From the NCBI GenBank assembly GCA_963744655.1, contig CAVUUJ010000002.1, positions 1,277,864 through 1,341,863 of the forward strand: a DNA stretch of 64,000 nucleotides, read 5' to 3'. Origin of the DNA: an uncultured bacterium (GTDB lineage: Bacteria; Verrucomicrobiota; Kiritimatiellia; PWTM01). The position numbers and the translations under genes were made by a program. Below, one piece after another: positions 44,523 to 54,471 of the stretch (position 1 is its first letter; every line of letters begins with the position of its first letter). The notes under the pieces were generated by a model. The model had not been told where the DNA came from and searched no databases. It worked only from the letters and a program-made list of their open reading frames with translations.

Positions 44523-45257
44523 TCAGCCGCGGCGCCGGCGCAGCACGAAGGCCATGCCCGCGAGGCCCAGCAGGCCCAGCGTGGCCGGCTCGGGAATCGC
44601 CGTCACCGAGAGGTTGTCGACCAGGCTCTGGGTGCCGGTGATGCTGTCCTCGATCTGGATCCAGAGCTTCTGGCCGTCGGAGACGCCCGTTGCGAGCAGG
44701 CTGTCGGTCAGGCCCTGCTGGACCCGGCCTCCGCTCACCGCGACCCACCCGGCGTCACCGTCCGTGAACGTCGCTGTCTGGTCGAGTATCGCGTGCGAGG
44801 CGTCCGTGGAGAGCTTGGTGCCGTCGGCCGGCGTGAAGCCCGCGCTCGTGGCCACGAGGTAGAGGGTCAAATCCCCGAAAAGGTGGCTGCTGCGATCTCC
44901 GAGGTCGAAGCTCACGTCGAACTGGGTCGGGTTGCCCGTGTTCCACGTGCCGAGGAGCTGGTACACCCCCGCGGGATCGGTCGACTCGGAATTGACGTTC
45001 ACCCAGTACTGGCCTTCCTGCGCATCGGGCACCGTGCTGTTCGTCTCGTCCTGCAGCGTCGACCAGTTGGACCCCGTTTGATCCTCGTACCAGTTGTCGA
45101 TCCCCTGGTAGTTGGTGAAGCCGGTACCGAAGGGGTCTGTTCCGGGCGTTTCCAGTGCCGGGACAGAGATCGGACCGGCCACGATCGTCGCCTGTGCCAG
45201 CGGCGCCGTCAGCGCGACCACCAGCGCGAACACCCATGCTTGCTTGCTCATACTCAT
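44523..45257 (-). CDS. PEP-CTERM sorting-domain protein
   Basis: Start MSMSKQAWVFALVVALTAPLAQA (ATG 45257, AGGAAGGAG RBS). C-terminus AIPEPATLGLLGLAGMAFVLRRRRG*. Confidence 0.85.
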   Translation of the reverse strand: MSMSKQAWVFALVVALTAPLAQATIVAGPISVPALETPGTDPFGTGFTNYQGIDNWYEDQTGSNWSTLQDETNSTVPDAQEGQYWVNVNSESTDPAGVYQLLGTWNTGNPTQFDVSFDLGDRSSHLFGDLTLYLVATSAGFTPADGTKLSTDASHAILDQTATFTDGDAGWVAVSGGRVQQGLTDSLLATGVSDGQKLWIQIEDSITGTQSLVDNLSVTAIPEPATLGLLGLAGMAFVLRRRRG

Positions 45258-45420
45258 CGCTCTCCTTCCTTTCTTTCCGGAAGTTCTCCGGAGTTCCGAA
45301 CCCGCACCGTCCCCACTCCACTCGGGACGCCTCCCACAAGGCATGTTAAGTATCGCCGTCATGTTCTAGGAAGTATCGACAAATCCAGACAATAACTATA
45401 CAGCTACAGACACAGACAAC

Positions 45421-46632
45421 ATGAGATGTGTGCCCCACATTATCCTGGATTTCGACCCCTATCTCCCCTGGTTTCGGCGGGTCCTGGCGGGGGTGGAGGC
45501 CTACGCCGCGCGGTGCGGAGGCTGGCAGTTTCTGTTTCTCCGCATGCTGTCCCGGCAGGCTCTGGGGCGGTTGCCGAAGGAATGGAAAGGTGTGGGGCTG
45601 ATATCCCAAGGCCCGCAGCCGTGGGCGTTGGAGCGGGGGCTGCCCCAGGTGTGCATCGACAGGCCGGGGCAGGCTGTCCCGTGCCCCTGCCTGACCACCC
45701 GGTTCGCCGGGGTGGGGAGGTTGGCGGCCGGGCATCTGGTGGAGGCGGGATACCGGCACCTGGCCGTGCTGGGTCTGGCGCCGCAGGCTTCCGGGGCCGA
45801 CCGGGAGCGCGACGAAGGATTCACCGGGGAGGCGGAGCGCCTGGGGATACCGGTGCATCGGCTGCAGATCTCGGGATGGGACGCCGAACGTCTGCTCGCG
45901 GTATCTCCGGAGGTCTTAAGGGCCTGGGAGAAGATGGTGAAGGATCTCCCGAAACCCCTGGGCGTGTTCGCCCGGAATCTGCGGGAGCTGTACCCGTTAC
46001 ACTTCCTGCTGCGGGAGCTGGGGCTGGAGATCCCGGCGGAGGCGGGGCTGATCGTGGGGGGCGAGGACGAGCAACTGCTCGATGCTCTGCGGCCGTCCGT
46101 GACGGCGATCGATCGGAACGACTGGGGGATCGGCTACCGGGCAGGGGAACTGCTGCGGGCCGTCATGGAGGGTCGGAAGACGCCCGACATCACCTTCGTC
46201 GATCCGGCGGGGGTGATTCCACGGGACAGCACCCGCTTGTGCAGGGGCCGGGATCCGCTCGTGGAGGAGGTGATGGCGGCGATGCGCGCAGGCCTCGCCC
46301 GCCCGGTGAGCCTGCCGGAGCTGGCCCGGAGCTACGGGATGTCCTCCAAGACGCTGGAGCGCCGGTTCCGGTCGGATATGTACCAGACCCCGGGGCGGGT
46401 GCTGATGCGGATGCGGATGGACCGTGCCAAGGAGCTGCTGCGGGACGGACGCCTGTCGAGTTCGGAGATCTCGGAGGCCTGCGGCTACCAGGAAAGCTCC
46501 GCGTTGTCCCGCGCCTTCCGGAAGGAGACCGGGATGAGCCCGCGGGACTGGAGAAAGCGCAGCCAATCCCGGCCGGCCCTGCCGGGGCCGGCCGGGCCGG
46601 CCGAAGCGGTAAGCCCCGGCCGCAGCAGATAG
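45421..46632 (+). CDS. AraC/XylR-type regulator (periplasmic-binding-like sensor plus AraC HTH)
   Basis: 403-aa ORF. C-terminal HTH: SLPELARSYGMSSKTLERRFRSDMYQTPGRVLMRMRMDRAKELLRDGRLSSSEISEACGYQESSALSRAFRKETGMSPRDW. An AT-rich divergent promoter region lies at 45340-45420. Confidence 0.85.
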   Translation: MRCVPHIILDFDPYLPWFRRVLAGVEAYAARCGGWQFLFLRMLSRQALGRLPKEWKGVGLISQGPQPWALERGLPQVCIDRPGQAVPCPCLTTRFAGVGRLAAGHLVEAGYRHLAVLGLAPQASGADRERDEGFTGEAERLGIPVHRLQISGWDAERLLAVSPEVLRAWEKMVKDLPKPLGVFARNLRELYPLHFLLRELGLEIPAEAGLIVGGEDEQLLDALRPSVTAIDRNDWGIGYRAGELLRAVMEGRKTPDITFVDPAGVIPRDSTRLCRGRDPLVEEVMAAMRAGLARPVSLPELARSYGMSSKTLERRFRSDMYQTPGRVLMRMRMDRAKELLRDGRLSSSEISEACGYQESSALSRAFRKETGMSPRDWRKRSQSRPALPGPAGPAEAVSPGRSR

Positions 46633-46757
46633 CGCCCTTTCGAGGTGTCGGCGGGCCGGCCGCGGCTACAGCGCGTGCCGCGAGGCATGCGCGTTCCGCC
46701 GTGTCCTGTAGCCGGGGCGTTGACCCCGGCTTGCCGCGGCACCAGCGCGTCGCATCC

Positions 46758-46815
46758 TGCCCGCGTTGGAGCTTGTCCTCCATAGCCCCGGGGCGGTGGG
46801 CGGCGTTGGCCCCAA
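46758..46815 (-). repeat. dispersed ~60-nt intergenic repeat, copy 3 (reverse orientation)
   Basis: The reverse complement reads ..GGGGCCAACGCCGCCCACCGCCCCGGGGCTATGGAGGACAAGCTCCAACGCGGGCA. Confidence 0.8.
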
Positions 46816-47152
46816 CGCCGCCGTGCGCTTGCGGCACGGTCCCTTCTCCTTCTGATCTCACGCCCGTTCGGGCGCCGGGGAAACCGGCGGCCCGGGACGG
46901 GGGCCTTCGGCCGGCGCCCTCACTCGAGACGCAGAGCCCGCAGAGTCCCGCGGGGCCTCCCGCCGCCTGACGTCCAAGGCGAACCGCCCTCCGCGCACTC
47001 TGCCCCTCGAGCGAGCCCCGGGCACGCCCCGTGCGACCCTGCTCCGCCAAGGGCTTTGTGGGGCAAGCCGACTCCGGCTCCGCGGCCACGGGGCGAGCGG
47101 GCGTGAGATCCCTCCCCGTCCGTTACCGCTGCTCACGGTTCCGGAGATCTGA

Positions 47153-47222
47153 GTGTACGAGTACGTGTACGAGTACGAGGCCTGCGGGCCGTCTTCCCGT
47201 ACTCGTACACCTACTCGTACAC
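47153..47222. repeat. hairpin-forming inverted arrays of 6/12-nt units (GTGTACGAGTAC x2 ... GTACTCGTACAC)
   Basis: The left arm is at 47153-47180 and the right arm at 47197-47222, separated by a 16-nt spacer. Confidence 0.75.
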
Positions 47223-47380
47223 GCGAATCTCCCCCCCCTTCATCCCTCCCGCCGAACAGGTCCTGCCGGCCGTTCTTTACCACGGATCCTCCTTCGCGCT
47301 TCGTGCTTGCGTTACGCGCGGATCGGGGTCCGACCTCCGCTCTCCGCAGGGCAGTCGTCTCACTGCCCCACTGTACGACT

Positions 47381-48907
47381 CTACTCCGCCAGGGGCTTCG
47401 TAGGGCAGGCCGACCCCGGGTCCGCCGGCCGGAGGGGGGCGAGGGGCAGGCGGCGTGCGCCGGGGGGCACGTCGAAGCGCTGGCCGTCGACACGAAGCGT
47501 GAAGGGGGTGTCGGTCTCCACCTCGACGGCGCCGCGGCCGTCGTAGAGGAGGGAGGCGGTGACGCGGCCGAAGCGGAGTCGGCGGACGCCGTGGGGGCCC
47601 CGGTCGCGGCGCAGGCGCCATGTCACGGTGCGCGCCCGGCCGTCGCAGGCGAGGCCGAGGACGTGCTCGACGAGCATGGAGATGGGCCCGAGGGCGGACC
47701 AGCCGCAGAAGTCGGGCCGGACGATCCGGTCGGGGCGCTTGCCCGTGGCGGGGCGGGGTGCGACGGGGGCGTAGGCTTCCCAGATCGTGTGCGGCTCGAC
47801 CGCGCGCCACGCGGCGAGCATGTGGCGCACGAGGCGTTCGGCGGCGTCGGCGGCGAGCCCGGCGAAACCGTTTTCGGCCAGGGCGCGGCAGGCCATGCAG
47901 GCGAGGGGCAGCCAGACGCCGCCGCGCCAGTAGCCGCCGTCGGGGTCGAACGAGGGTTCGTCGCGCGCGACGCTCGGGAAGGGCGCGGGGCCGCCGAAGA
48001 CGGCGGGATCCGCCGCGTGCGCGGCGAGGCGCCGTGCGCGCTCGGGCGGGCAGGCCCCGGCGAGGAGCGGCCAGTAGGCCGCGGGGGTCTTGACCCGGAA
48101 GAAGGCGTGCGGCGCGGCGGCGCGGATGTCGTGGTAGATCCCGTCCCGCTCGTCCCAGTACCGGTCGTTGAGCAGGTCGGCCCGCTCCCGGTGCCGGGCG
48201 CGCCAGGCTTCGGCGCCGGCGGCGTCGCCGAGCGCGCCGGCGATGCGCGCGAGGCGGTCGGCGGCGAGGGCCTGCTGGGCGAGCGCGTCCAGCCAGAGGA
48301 TGTCCGGGTAGCCGTGGCGGGAGTCGTCCGGGCGCGGGCCCGGGGCGGCCCCGCCGCCGCCGCGCGGTGTGTTGTCCATCCCGCTGCAGCAGCCGGCCCA
48401 GTGGTAGCCGAGCAGGACGCGGCGCAGGAAGGTCTCGTTGGGGCTGCAGGGCGGGGGTTCGGGCAGGGGGAGGCGCTCGACGAGGTCGAAGTGCCGCTGG
48501 AGCCAGCGGGCCTCGTAGACGCGGCGCAGCCGGTCGAGGTCGCCGGTGTGCGTGAAGTGCTCCCACTCGACCCACGCGAACAGCGGCGGGTTGTCGAGGT
48601 GGTGGATGCGGAGCCTCGTCGGGGCGCCGTCGTGGAGGGGGCGGTAGAAGTTCTCGAGGCTCTCGACGCCGGGGAAGACGTCCGGGGCGTACTTGCAGAA
48701 CAGCGCCATGAAGCACGTGTCCCAGATCCAGACGACGCCGGGCGTGTGCGCCTCGTCCATGTAGGGCGAGCGGGGCGCCCCGGGCCAGGCGACGACGTGC
48801 TCCCACGCCAGTTCCCACGCCCGGCGGTGCAGCGCGGCGAAGCCGGGCTCGTCCTCGAAGACGACCTCCGGCACGCGCTCCGCCGGGAAGGGCCCCGGCG
48901 GGCTCAA
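47381..48907 (-). CDS. (alpha/alpha)6-barrel glycoside hydrolase, GH63/MGH1/trehalase-like (second copy in the window)
   Basis: Putative TTG start in a TTGA overlap at 48904-48907. Motifs VVWIWDTCFMALF, NPPLFAWVEWEHF, GYHWAGCCSGMDN, GGYWRGGVWLPLACMA and IWEAYAP. The last ~16 codons lie in a dispersed repeat. Confidence 0.7.
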   Translation of the reverse strand: MSPPGPFPAERVPEVVFEDEPGFAALHRRAWELAWEHVVAWPGAPRSPYMDEAHTPGVVWIWDTCFMALFCKYAPDVFPGVESLENFYRPLHDGAPTRLRIHHLDNPPLFAWVEWEHFTHTGDLDRLRRVYEARWLQRHFDLVERLPLPEPPPCSPNETFLRRVLLGYHWAGCCSGMDNTPRGGGGAAPGPRPDDSRHGYPDILWLDALAQQALAADRLARIAGALGDAAGAEAWRARHRERADLLNDRYWDERDGIYHDIRAAAPHAFFRVKTPAAYWPLLAGACPPERARRLAAHAADPAVFGGPAPFPSVARDEPSFDPDGGYWRGGVWLPLACMACRALAENGFAGLAADAAERLVRHMLAAWRAVEPHTIWEAYAPVAPRPATGKRPDRIVRPDFCGWSALGPISMLVEHVLGLACDGRARTVTWRLRRDRGPHGVRRLRFGRVTASLLYDGRGAVEVETDTPFTLRVDGQRFDVPPGARRLPLAPLRPADPGSACPTKPLAE

Positions 48908-51021
48908 GCGCGCTCCACCGCCAGGGCGACGCCCACGCGCGGGTCGCAGGTCACCGTGAGCCGCCCGTCGGGGTCCGGCTCGAGGGCGCCGCCGCCGAGG
49001 AGGTCCTCGAACGCCGCGCGGGGCCGGTCCGCGAAGCGCAGGCGCACGGGGCCGTCGCCCGCGTGGATGACGAACGCGGCGCGCCGGCCGCCGACCGTGC
49101 CGGCCTTGACGTAGACGTAGTCCCCGGCCTCGGCCTCGACGGGCGCGGCGACGCCCGCGCGCCGGGCGACGGCGGCGGCGAAGCGCTCGAACGCGGGGGC
49201 GTACTCCTTCCACGCCGGGGCCCCGACGAGGTCCGCCTCGGCGTAGGGGTCGGCGGCGTAGCAGGCGAGCTGGACGACGCGGCCCTCGCCGACGGGCGTG
49301 TCCGCGATCCGGTCGCCGTCCGGCGCGCCCGCGCGGTCGGCGAGCGGCTCGAGCCACTGGGTGGCGGGCAGCCGGTAGGCGGCACCGTCGAAGGACACGT
49401 CCACGTGCTCGTCCTCGAGCGGGCGGCGGCCGACGGCCACGCGCCCGGTCAGGGCGGCGGTGAAGCGCTCGGCGGGGTCGCGGAAGAAGCCGTGCCGGTC
49501 GTAGGCGCCCGCGCCCGGGTCGCAGAGCAGGGTGCCGCCCGCGCGGACGAAGGCCTCCAGCCGTTCGGCGAGCGGAGCCTCGACGACGGCGGTGCGGGGG
49601 AGGACGAGGAGCTTGAGGCCCTCGATCGCCCCGGGCCGGTGTTCCTCGACGAGGCGGAAGGGGATGTGGCGCTTGAGCAGCGCGCGGCCCCAGCCCTGGA
49701 GCGCGATCTGCGCCCGGCCGCCGCGGCCCTCGCAGGCCCAGTGGAGGTAGTAGCTTTCCGGTGAGAAGAGCACACCCGCCTCGGCGGGCAGGGGGCGGAA
49801 GGAGGCCACCGTTTCGCCGTGGCGCTCGAGCAGCTCGCGCGTGCGGCGCATGGACGCCGCGCGGTCGGCGAAGCAGCCGTCGTGCCCGCTGAAGCCGAAG
49901 CCGCCGGCCTCGGTGGTGAAGACCTCGTCGCGCCAGCACCAGAACAGCACCGTGTCCGCCCCGTTGGCCAGCCCGGTCCAGAGCCAGTTCTGCTGGGGTC
50001 GCCCGGGGACGGGCGGCAGGGGCCGCAGGCCGCAGGAGGCCTGGCCGCCCTGCACCTCGCTCAGCCAGACGCGCTTGCCGCGCGCGGCGGCGGGCAGCGC
50101 CTCGATGCGCGCGGCGAAGTCGGGCGGGTCGGTCAGGCCCCAGAACGGGAAGCTCGAGCAGCCGACGCCGTCGACCCGCTCGGCGTAGTCCCAGTCGTTG
50201 CCGCGGTCGAGCGGGGGCGCTTCGCGGCCGCCGCCCTTGAGGAAGGAGGGCGAGTCGCCGTGCACCGTGGCGGGCCGCGTGCCGTCGAGCCGCCGGAAGA
50301 TCTCGTGGCGGCGCGCGGCGTGCTCCGCGCAGCGCCGGGTGATGAAGCGCGCGAAGGCCATCGCCTCGGTGAACGGGCGGCCGGTGGCGAGCGCCGGACG
50401 GACGTCCTCCCAGCTCGCGTAGCGGCGGCGCCAGGCGCGGTTGAGGCCGTCGAGGCTGCCGTAGTCCGCCTCGAGCCAGGCCCGGAAGGCGGCCAGCGTG
50501 TGCGGGCAGCAGCAGACGAGCTCGCCGGCCTGCACGTTCCAGCGCAGCTCGTTCCAGATGTCCCAGCCCCGCAGGTGGGATGCGCCCTTGTAGCGCTCGA
50601 CGGTGCGCTCGATGAAGGCGGCCATGCGGGCCCAGACGTCCGGGTGGTCGAAGCAGCCGCCCGGGGTGACGCCGAAGTGGCACTCGTTGCGGTTGCCGGA
50701 GGGGACCGGCCGGCCGCGGACGTCGACCAGCTCGCTGCCGGGCACGACGCGGTGGATCCAGTGCGGCTGCAGCTCGGGGATGACGCTGAGGACGACGCCG
50801 AGCCCGTTCTCCGCGGCCAGCCCGACGAGCCGGTCGTAGTCCCCGTACTCGAACCGGCCGGGTTCGGCCTCGACCCAGCTCCACAGCACCCAGAGCTGGA
50901 CGCTGTTGAAGCCGCTCTCGCGGATGGCCCGGAAGTCGGCCTCCCAGTGGCGGTCCTCGGGGAAGGGGGGGCGGTAGTACTGGACGCCCACGGTGAAGGG
51001 GTTCGCGTCGCGTTCGCTCAC
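48904..51021 (-). CDS. GH42-like beta-galactosidase
   Basis: GTG start in a GTGA overlap at 51018-51021. Motifs FTVGVQYYRPPFPEDRHWEADFRAIRESGFNSVQLWVLWSWVEAEPGRFEY, WDIWNELRW and LSEVQGGQAS. Confidence 0.75.
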   Translation of the reverse strand: MSERDANPFTVGVQYYRPPFPEDRHWEADFRAIRESGFNSVQLWVLWSWVEAEPGRFEYGDYDRLVGLAAENGLGVVLSVIPELQPHWIHRVVPGSELVDVRGRPVPSGNRNECHFGVTPGGCFDHPDVWARMAAFIERTVERYKGASHLRGWDIWNELRWNVQAGELVCCCPHTLAAFRAWLEADYGSLDGLNRAWRRRYASWEDVRPALATGRPFTEAMAFARFITRRCAEHAARRHEIFRRLDGTRPATVHGDSPSFLKGGGREAPPLDRGNDWDYAERVDGVGCSSFPFWGLTDPPDFAARIEALPAAARGKRVWLSEVQGGQASCGLRPLPPVPGRPQQNWLWTGLANGADTVLFWCWRDEVFTTEAGGFGFSGHDGCFADRAASMRRTRELLERHGETVASFRPLPAEAGVLFSPESYYLHWACEGRGGRAQIALQGWGRALLKRHIPFRLVEEHRPGAIEGLKLLVLPRTAVVEAPLAERLEAFVRAGGTLLCDPGAGAYDRHGFFRDPAERFTAALTGRVAVGRRPLEDEHVDVSFDGAAYRLPATQWLEPLADRAGAPDGDRIADTPVGEGRVVQLACYAADPYAEADLVGAPAWKEYAPAFERFAAAVARRAGVAAPVEAEAGDYVYVKAGTVGGRRAAFVIHAGDGPVRLRFADRPRAAFEDLLGGGALEPDPDGRLTVTCDPRVGVALAVERA

Positions 51022-54000
51022 GGCCGGTCCTCCGGTGCGGCGTCCGCGGCGGCGACGGGCCGCACGCGGAACGCCTTCAGGTCGTGGCTGCGCAGCGTGA
51101 AGCACAGCCCTTCGGGGCGCACATCCTGCCGCGCCCCGGTCTCGATGTCCACCGTCTCGCAGGGCCCTTGCAGCCCGAGCGCGCCGAGGTCGATCCGCAC
51201 CCGGGCCTCGCGGGACTCGCCGGCGAAGTTGGTGAAGACGCACAGCGCCTCCTCGCCCGGCACGCTGTAGACGATGCCGGGCAGGTCGGGGTCGTCGGCC
51301 GCGACGGGCTGGGGCCGTTCCTCCCAGTAGCGGTAGACGACGACGCCGGGGCGCAGGGCGATGGCGGTGACCGGCTTGCGGAAGAGGTCGTAGACCGGGT
51401 TGGGCGGCGGGATGGCCTGGTGCCACACATAGTGGTCGATGGTGATTTCGTGGACGAGGCACACGCCCATCCAGGTGCGGCTCGTCCAGGGGTCGCCCAC
51501 CAGCGGGCCCTGCTCGTGCAGGAAGAGCGGGATCGCCCCGAGGTGGTCGCCCGTGCTCATGGCGAGCAGGTAGGCGCGGCTGTAGCGGGTGTGGAAGTCG
51601 CCCTCGGAGTGCTTCCACTCGCCGTCGTAGCGGACGGTGTAGAAGGCGTTGATCGGCAGGATCTCCAGCGTGGAGGTGTGGACCATGTTCCAGGGGTAGC
51701 GGCCCTGCTCGTGCAGGAGCCGGAACTGGCGGCGGCCCAGTTCGCGCAGTCCCCACAGTCCGTTCGAGGGGGCGGTCGTGCCGTCGTCGCGGCGGTACGC
51801 CCCGGTGAAGAAGCGGTTGAAGGAGGGCGCGAAGTAGTTGTTGTCGACGTAAATCCCGGTGTTGCCCGCGTGCTCGAAGCTCTTGACGTACCACCAGGCG
51901 GCGAAGTCCAGGTAGGAGGGCGTGGGCACGATGCGGCGCTCGAGCGGTTCGTCGGTGTCGCGGTCGTCGCAGAACGCCCGCACGCCCCACTCGTCCATGA
52001 ACGTCTGGTACTCCTCGATCACGGGCGAGGAGCTGCGGTTGAAGTAGAAGACGAGGGACAGGCCCTCGCGCTGCTGCAGCGTGGTGCGGGCGCATTGCTC
52101 GAGTTCGCGCATCCGGCCCTCGTCCTCCGTGAACTCGGGGTGCGGGGCGAGGTGCCGGCGGTAGGCGGCGAAGCCCTCGCGGAACTCTTCCTCCGCGAAG
52201 GCGCGCCGGTTGGCCCGCCGCACCATGTGCCACAGGGAGAGGTCGCGGTTCGCGGGGTAGACGGAGCCGCAGCAGCCGAGGGCGAACCAGTGGAAGTCGC
52301 AGCCGACGAGGCCCACGCGCCCGGTCCAGTAGCGCGTGCGCCAGTCCGGCGGGCGCGGCTTCACGGGCGAGGCCTGCAGGCCGAAGGTCATCCGGCGCCG
52401 GCCGGCGAAGGTGAGCGGGCGGTTCACGAGGTGGACGCGCAGGACGAGCCGGTCCCCCTCGCGGGAGAGCGAGAGGTTCGGCCGGCCGGGGTCCCATCCC
52501 CAGCCGCGGTCGTTCTCCGCGAACCAGGCGAGCCCGCGGTTGGGGTTGCCGACCCAGCAGTAGGTGCAGAAGTTTCGCGGCAGGCCCCAGGTCTCGAGCC
52601 GCGAGGCGTCCCAGACGACGCCCTCGCCCGCGGGGACCTCGTCGGTGAAGACGGCGAAGCGGCCCGCCGTCGATGAGCGCGTGCAGGAGCGTGGCGTCCG
52701 CCGAGGGCAGGGGCAGCTCGAGGTCGAGCGACTCGACGGTGCGCGACGCGGCGCCGGCGTCGAGCTCGAGGTCGACCCGCAGCATCCCGTCCTCTTCCAG
52801 GGTCGCGTCGATCCGGGCCGCCAGCGGGCCGAGCCCGAAGCGGGAGCGGATCCGCGCGCGGTCGGCCTCGACGGGGCCGATGCGCAGCCGCGCGTCGCGC
52901 GGCGCGGCCTCTTCGCCGTCGAACCGCGCGCGCAGGCGGGGCGGTGCGGCGAGCAGGGGGCGGGTGGCGATGCGCTCGACGCTCGTCGGCCTCGATCTGT
53001 TCCGGCAGGCCGAGGGCGCCGAACCGGTACGCGCGCAGGACGACCTCGAGCGTGCGGCCGCGGCGGCGGATCGGCTCGAACGGCGGGTACACGGCGCGGC
53101 GCGCGCCGAGCGTGTTGCCCTCCCACTCGAAGCGGCGGCGCTCGAACGCGCGGCGCACGGGCTGGGGGTCGAGCCCCCTGCCGCGGACGCGGCAGACGAT
53201 CTCGTAGCCGCCCTCCAGGGGCGGCAGGCGCACGGTGCGCTCGCGGAAGCCCCCGGCGTCGAACCCCTCGCGCGGCAGGCGGAAGCCCGCCGCTTTCCGC
53301 CCGTCCGCCCGCCGGAGCACCTCGAAGGCCAGTGCCCGGAAGGCGGGGCGGCCGAGCAGGTCGCCCGCGAAGGCCCGCACGTGGAGCCGGTCGAGGCCGG
53401 GGTAGTACGCGAAGAGGAAGCGCGGCGTGTCGGCGAGGGTGCGCGCGTCCCAGCGCGGCCCCTCGCGGGGCGTCCAGCGGAGGCAGCGCGCGTAGTCGAA
53501 CGGCCCGTCCTCGCGGCCCGCGCCGCGGACCAGCGCGAAGAGGGAGAAGGCGCCGCTGACGGGGTCGGCCGGCACGCGCAGCCGCCGTTCCGCCGTGCCG
53601 CCGGGCGGGACGGCGACGCGCTCGTCGAGCCGGACCTCCGACTGCTTGTCGCGGGCGAGGTAGAGCTGCACATGCGCTTCGGCGGGCCGGTCGAACGGGT
53701 TGTGGAGGCTCAGCACGGTGTCGAGGCGGCGGCCGGGCAGGGCGGCCTCGTGCCGCACCTGCACCGCGAGTGCGTCGCGGTCGTGGAAGCTCACGCGCAC
53801 GCTGCGGCGCGGGTTGTAGGCGCCCCGGCTGCCGAGGTGGCTCCAGGCCCAGGGCTGCTTCCAGCTCCGGCACAGGTTCACGGCCCAGACGCCGTCGCCG
53901 GCCCGCCGCCCGGGGGCCACGGCCTCGACCGGGACCTCGACCTCGACGTGCCAGGCGCCGTCGTGGAAGCCCTGCGCCCAGCGGTAGCCGCCCTGCCAGC

Positions 54001-54454
54001 CGTAGTAGCGGTTGACGTCCGCGCGGCCGCGCGGGTGGGCGAGGTAGCCCGCGCGCCCGAGGGCGTTGAGCAGGAACTGGTAGGTGGCGCCCTCTTCCGC
54101 GTCGGGGTCGGGGTCGATCCAGACCTCGACCGCGTCGTCGCGTCCGACGAAGACGCTGTCGGCGTCCTGCTCCGCCACGAGCGCGGCGGGCGGGGGCGGC
54201 AGCTCGGAGACGACGGCGAAGTGGAAGTGCGTGGGCGTGGCGGCGATCCACGCCTCGGCGCGGCGCCGGGACAGGGACTCGGCCTCGCCGTCGATGCCCG
54301 CGGGGAAGCCGTCGAGCCGCGCGGCCACGGCCCACTCCCCCGGCTCGACCCGCCCGTCGAGCACGGGCGGGTCGCGGCGCAGCGGCACGCGGTAGCGGTC
54401 CGCGAAGGCGTAGGGCGCCAGGGACGCTGGCACGAAGGGGAGGGGATTGTCCAC
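51018..54454 (-). pseudogene. giant-paralog family member C; two frameshifts
   Basis: Start VDNPLPFVPASLAPYAF (GTG 54454). The frame changes near 52985 (..GLPEQIEADE | VERIATRPLLAAP..) and near 52672 (..LLHALIDGG | RFAVFTDEVPAGEG..). The C-terminal part is homologous to the other members through to the stop at 51018. Confidence 0.75.
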
Positions 54455-54471
54455 CGGCGTCCCTTCCCGCT

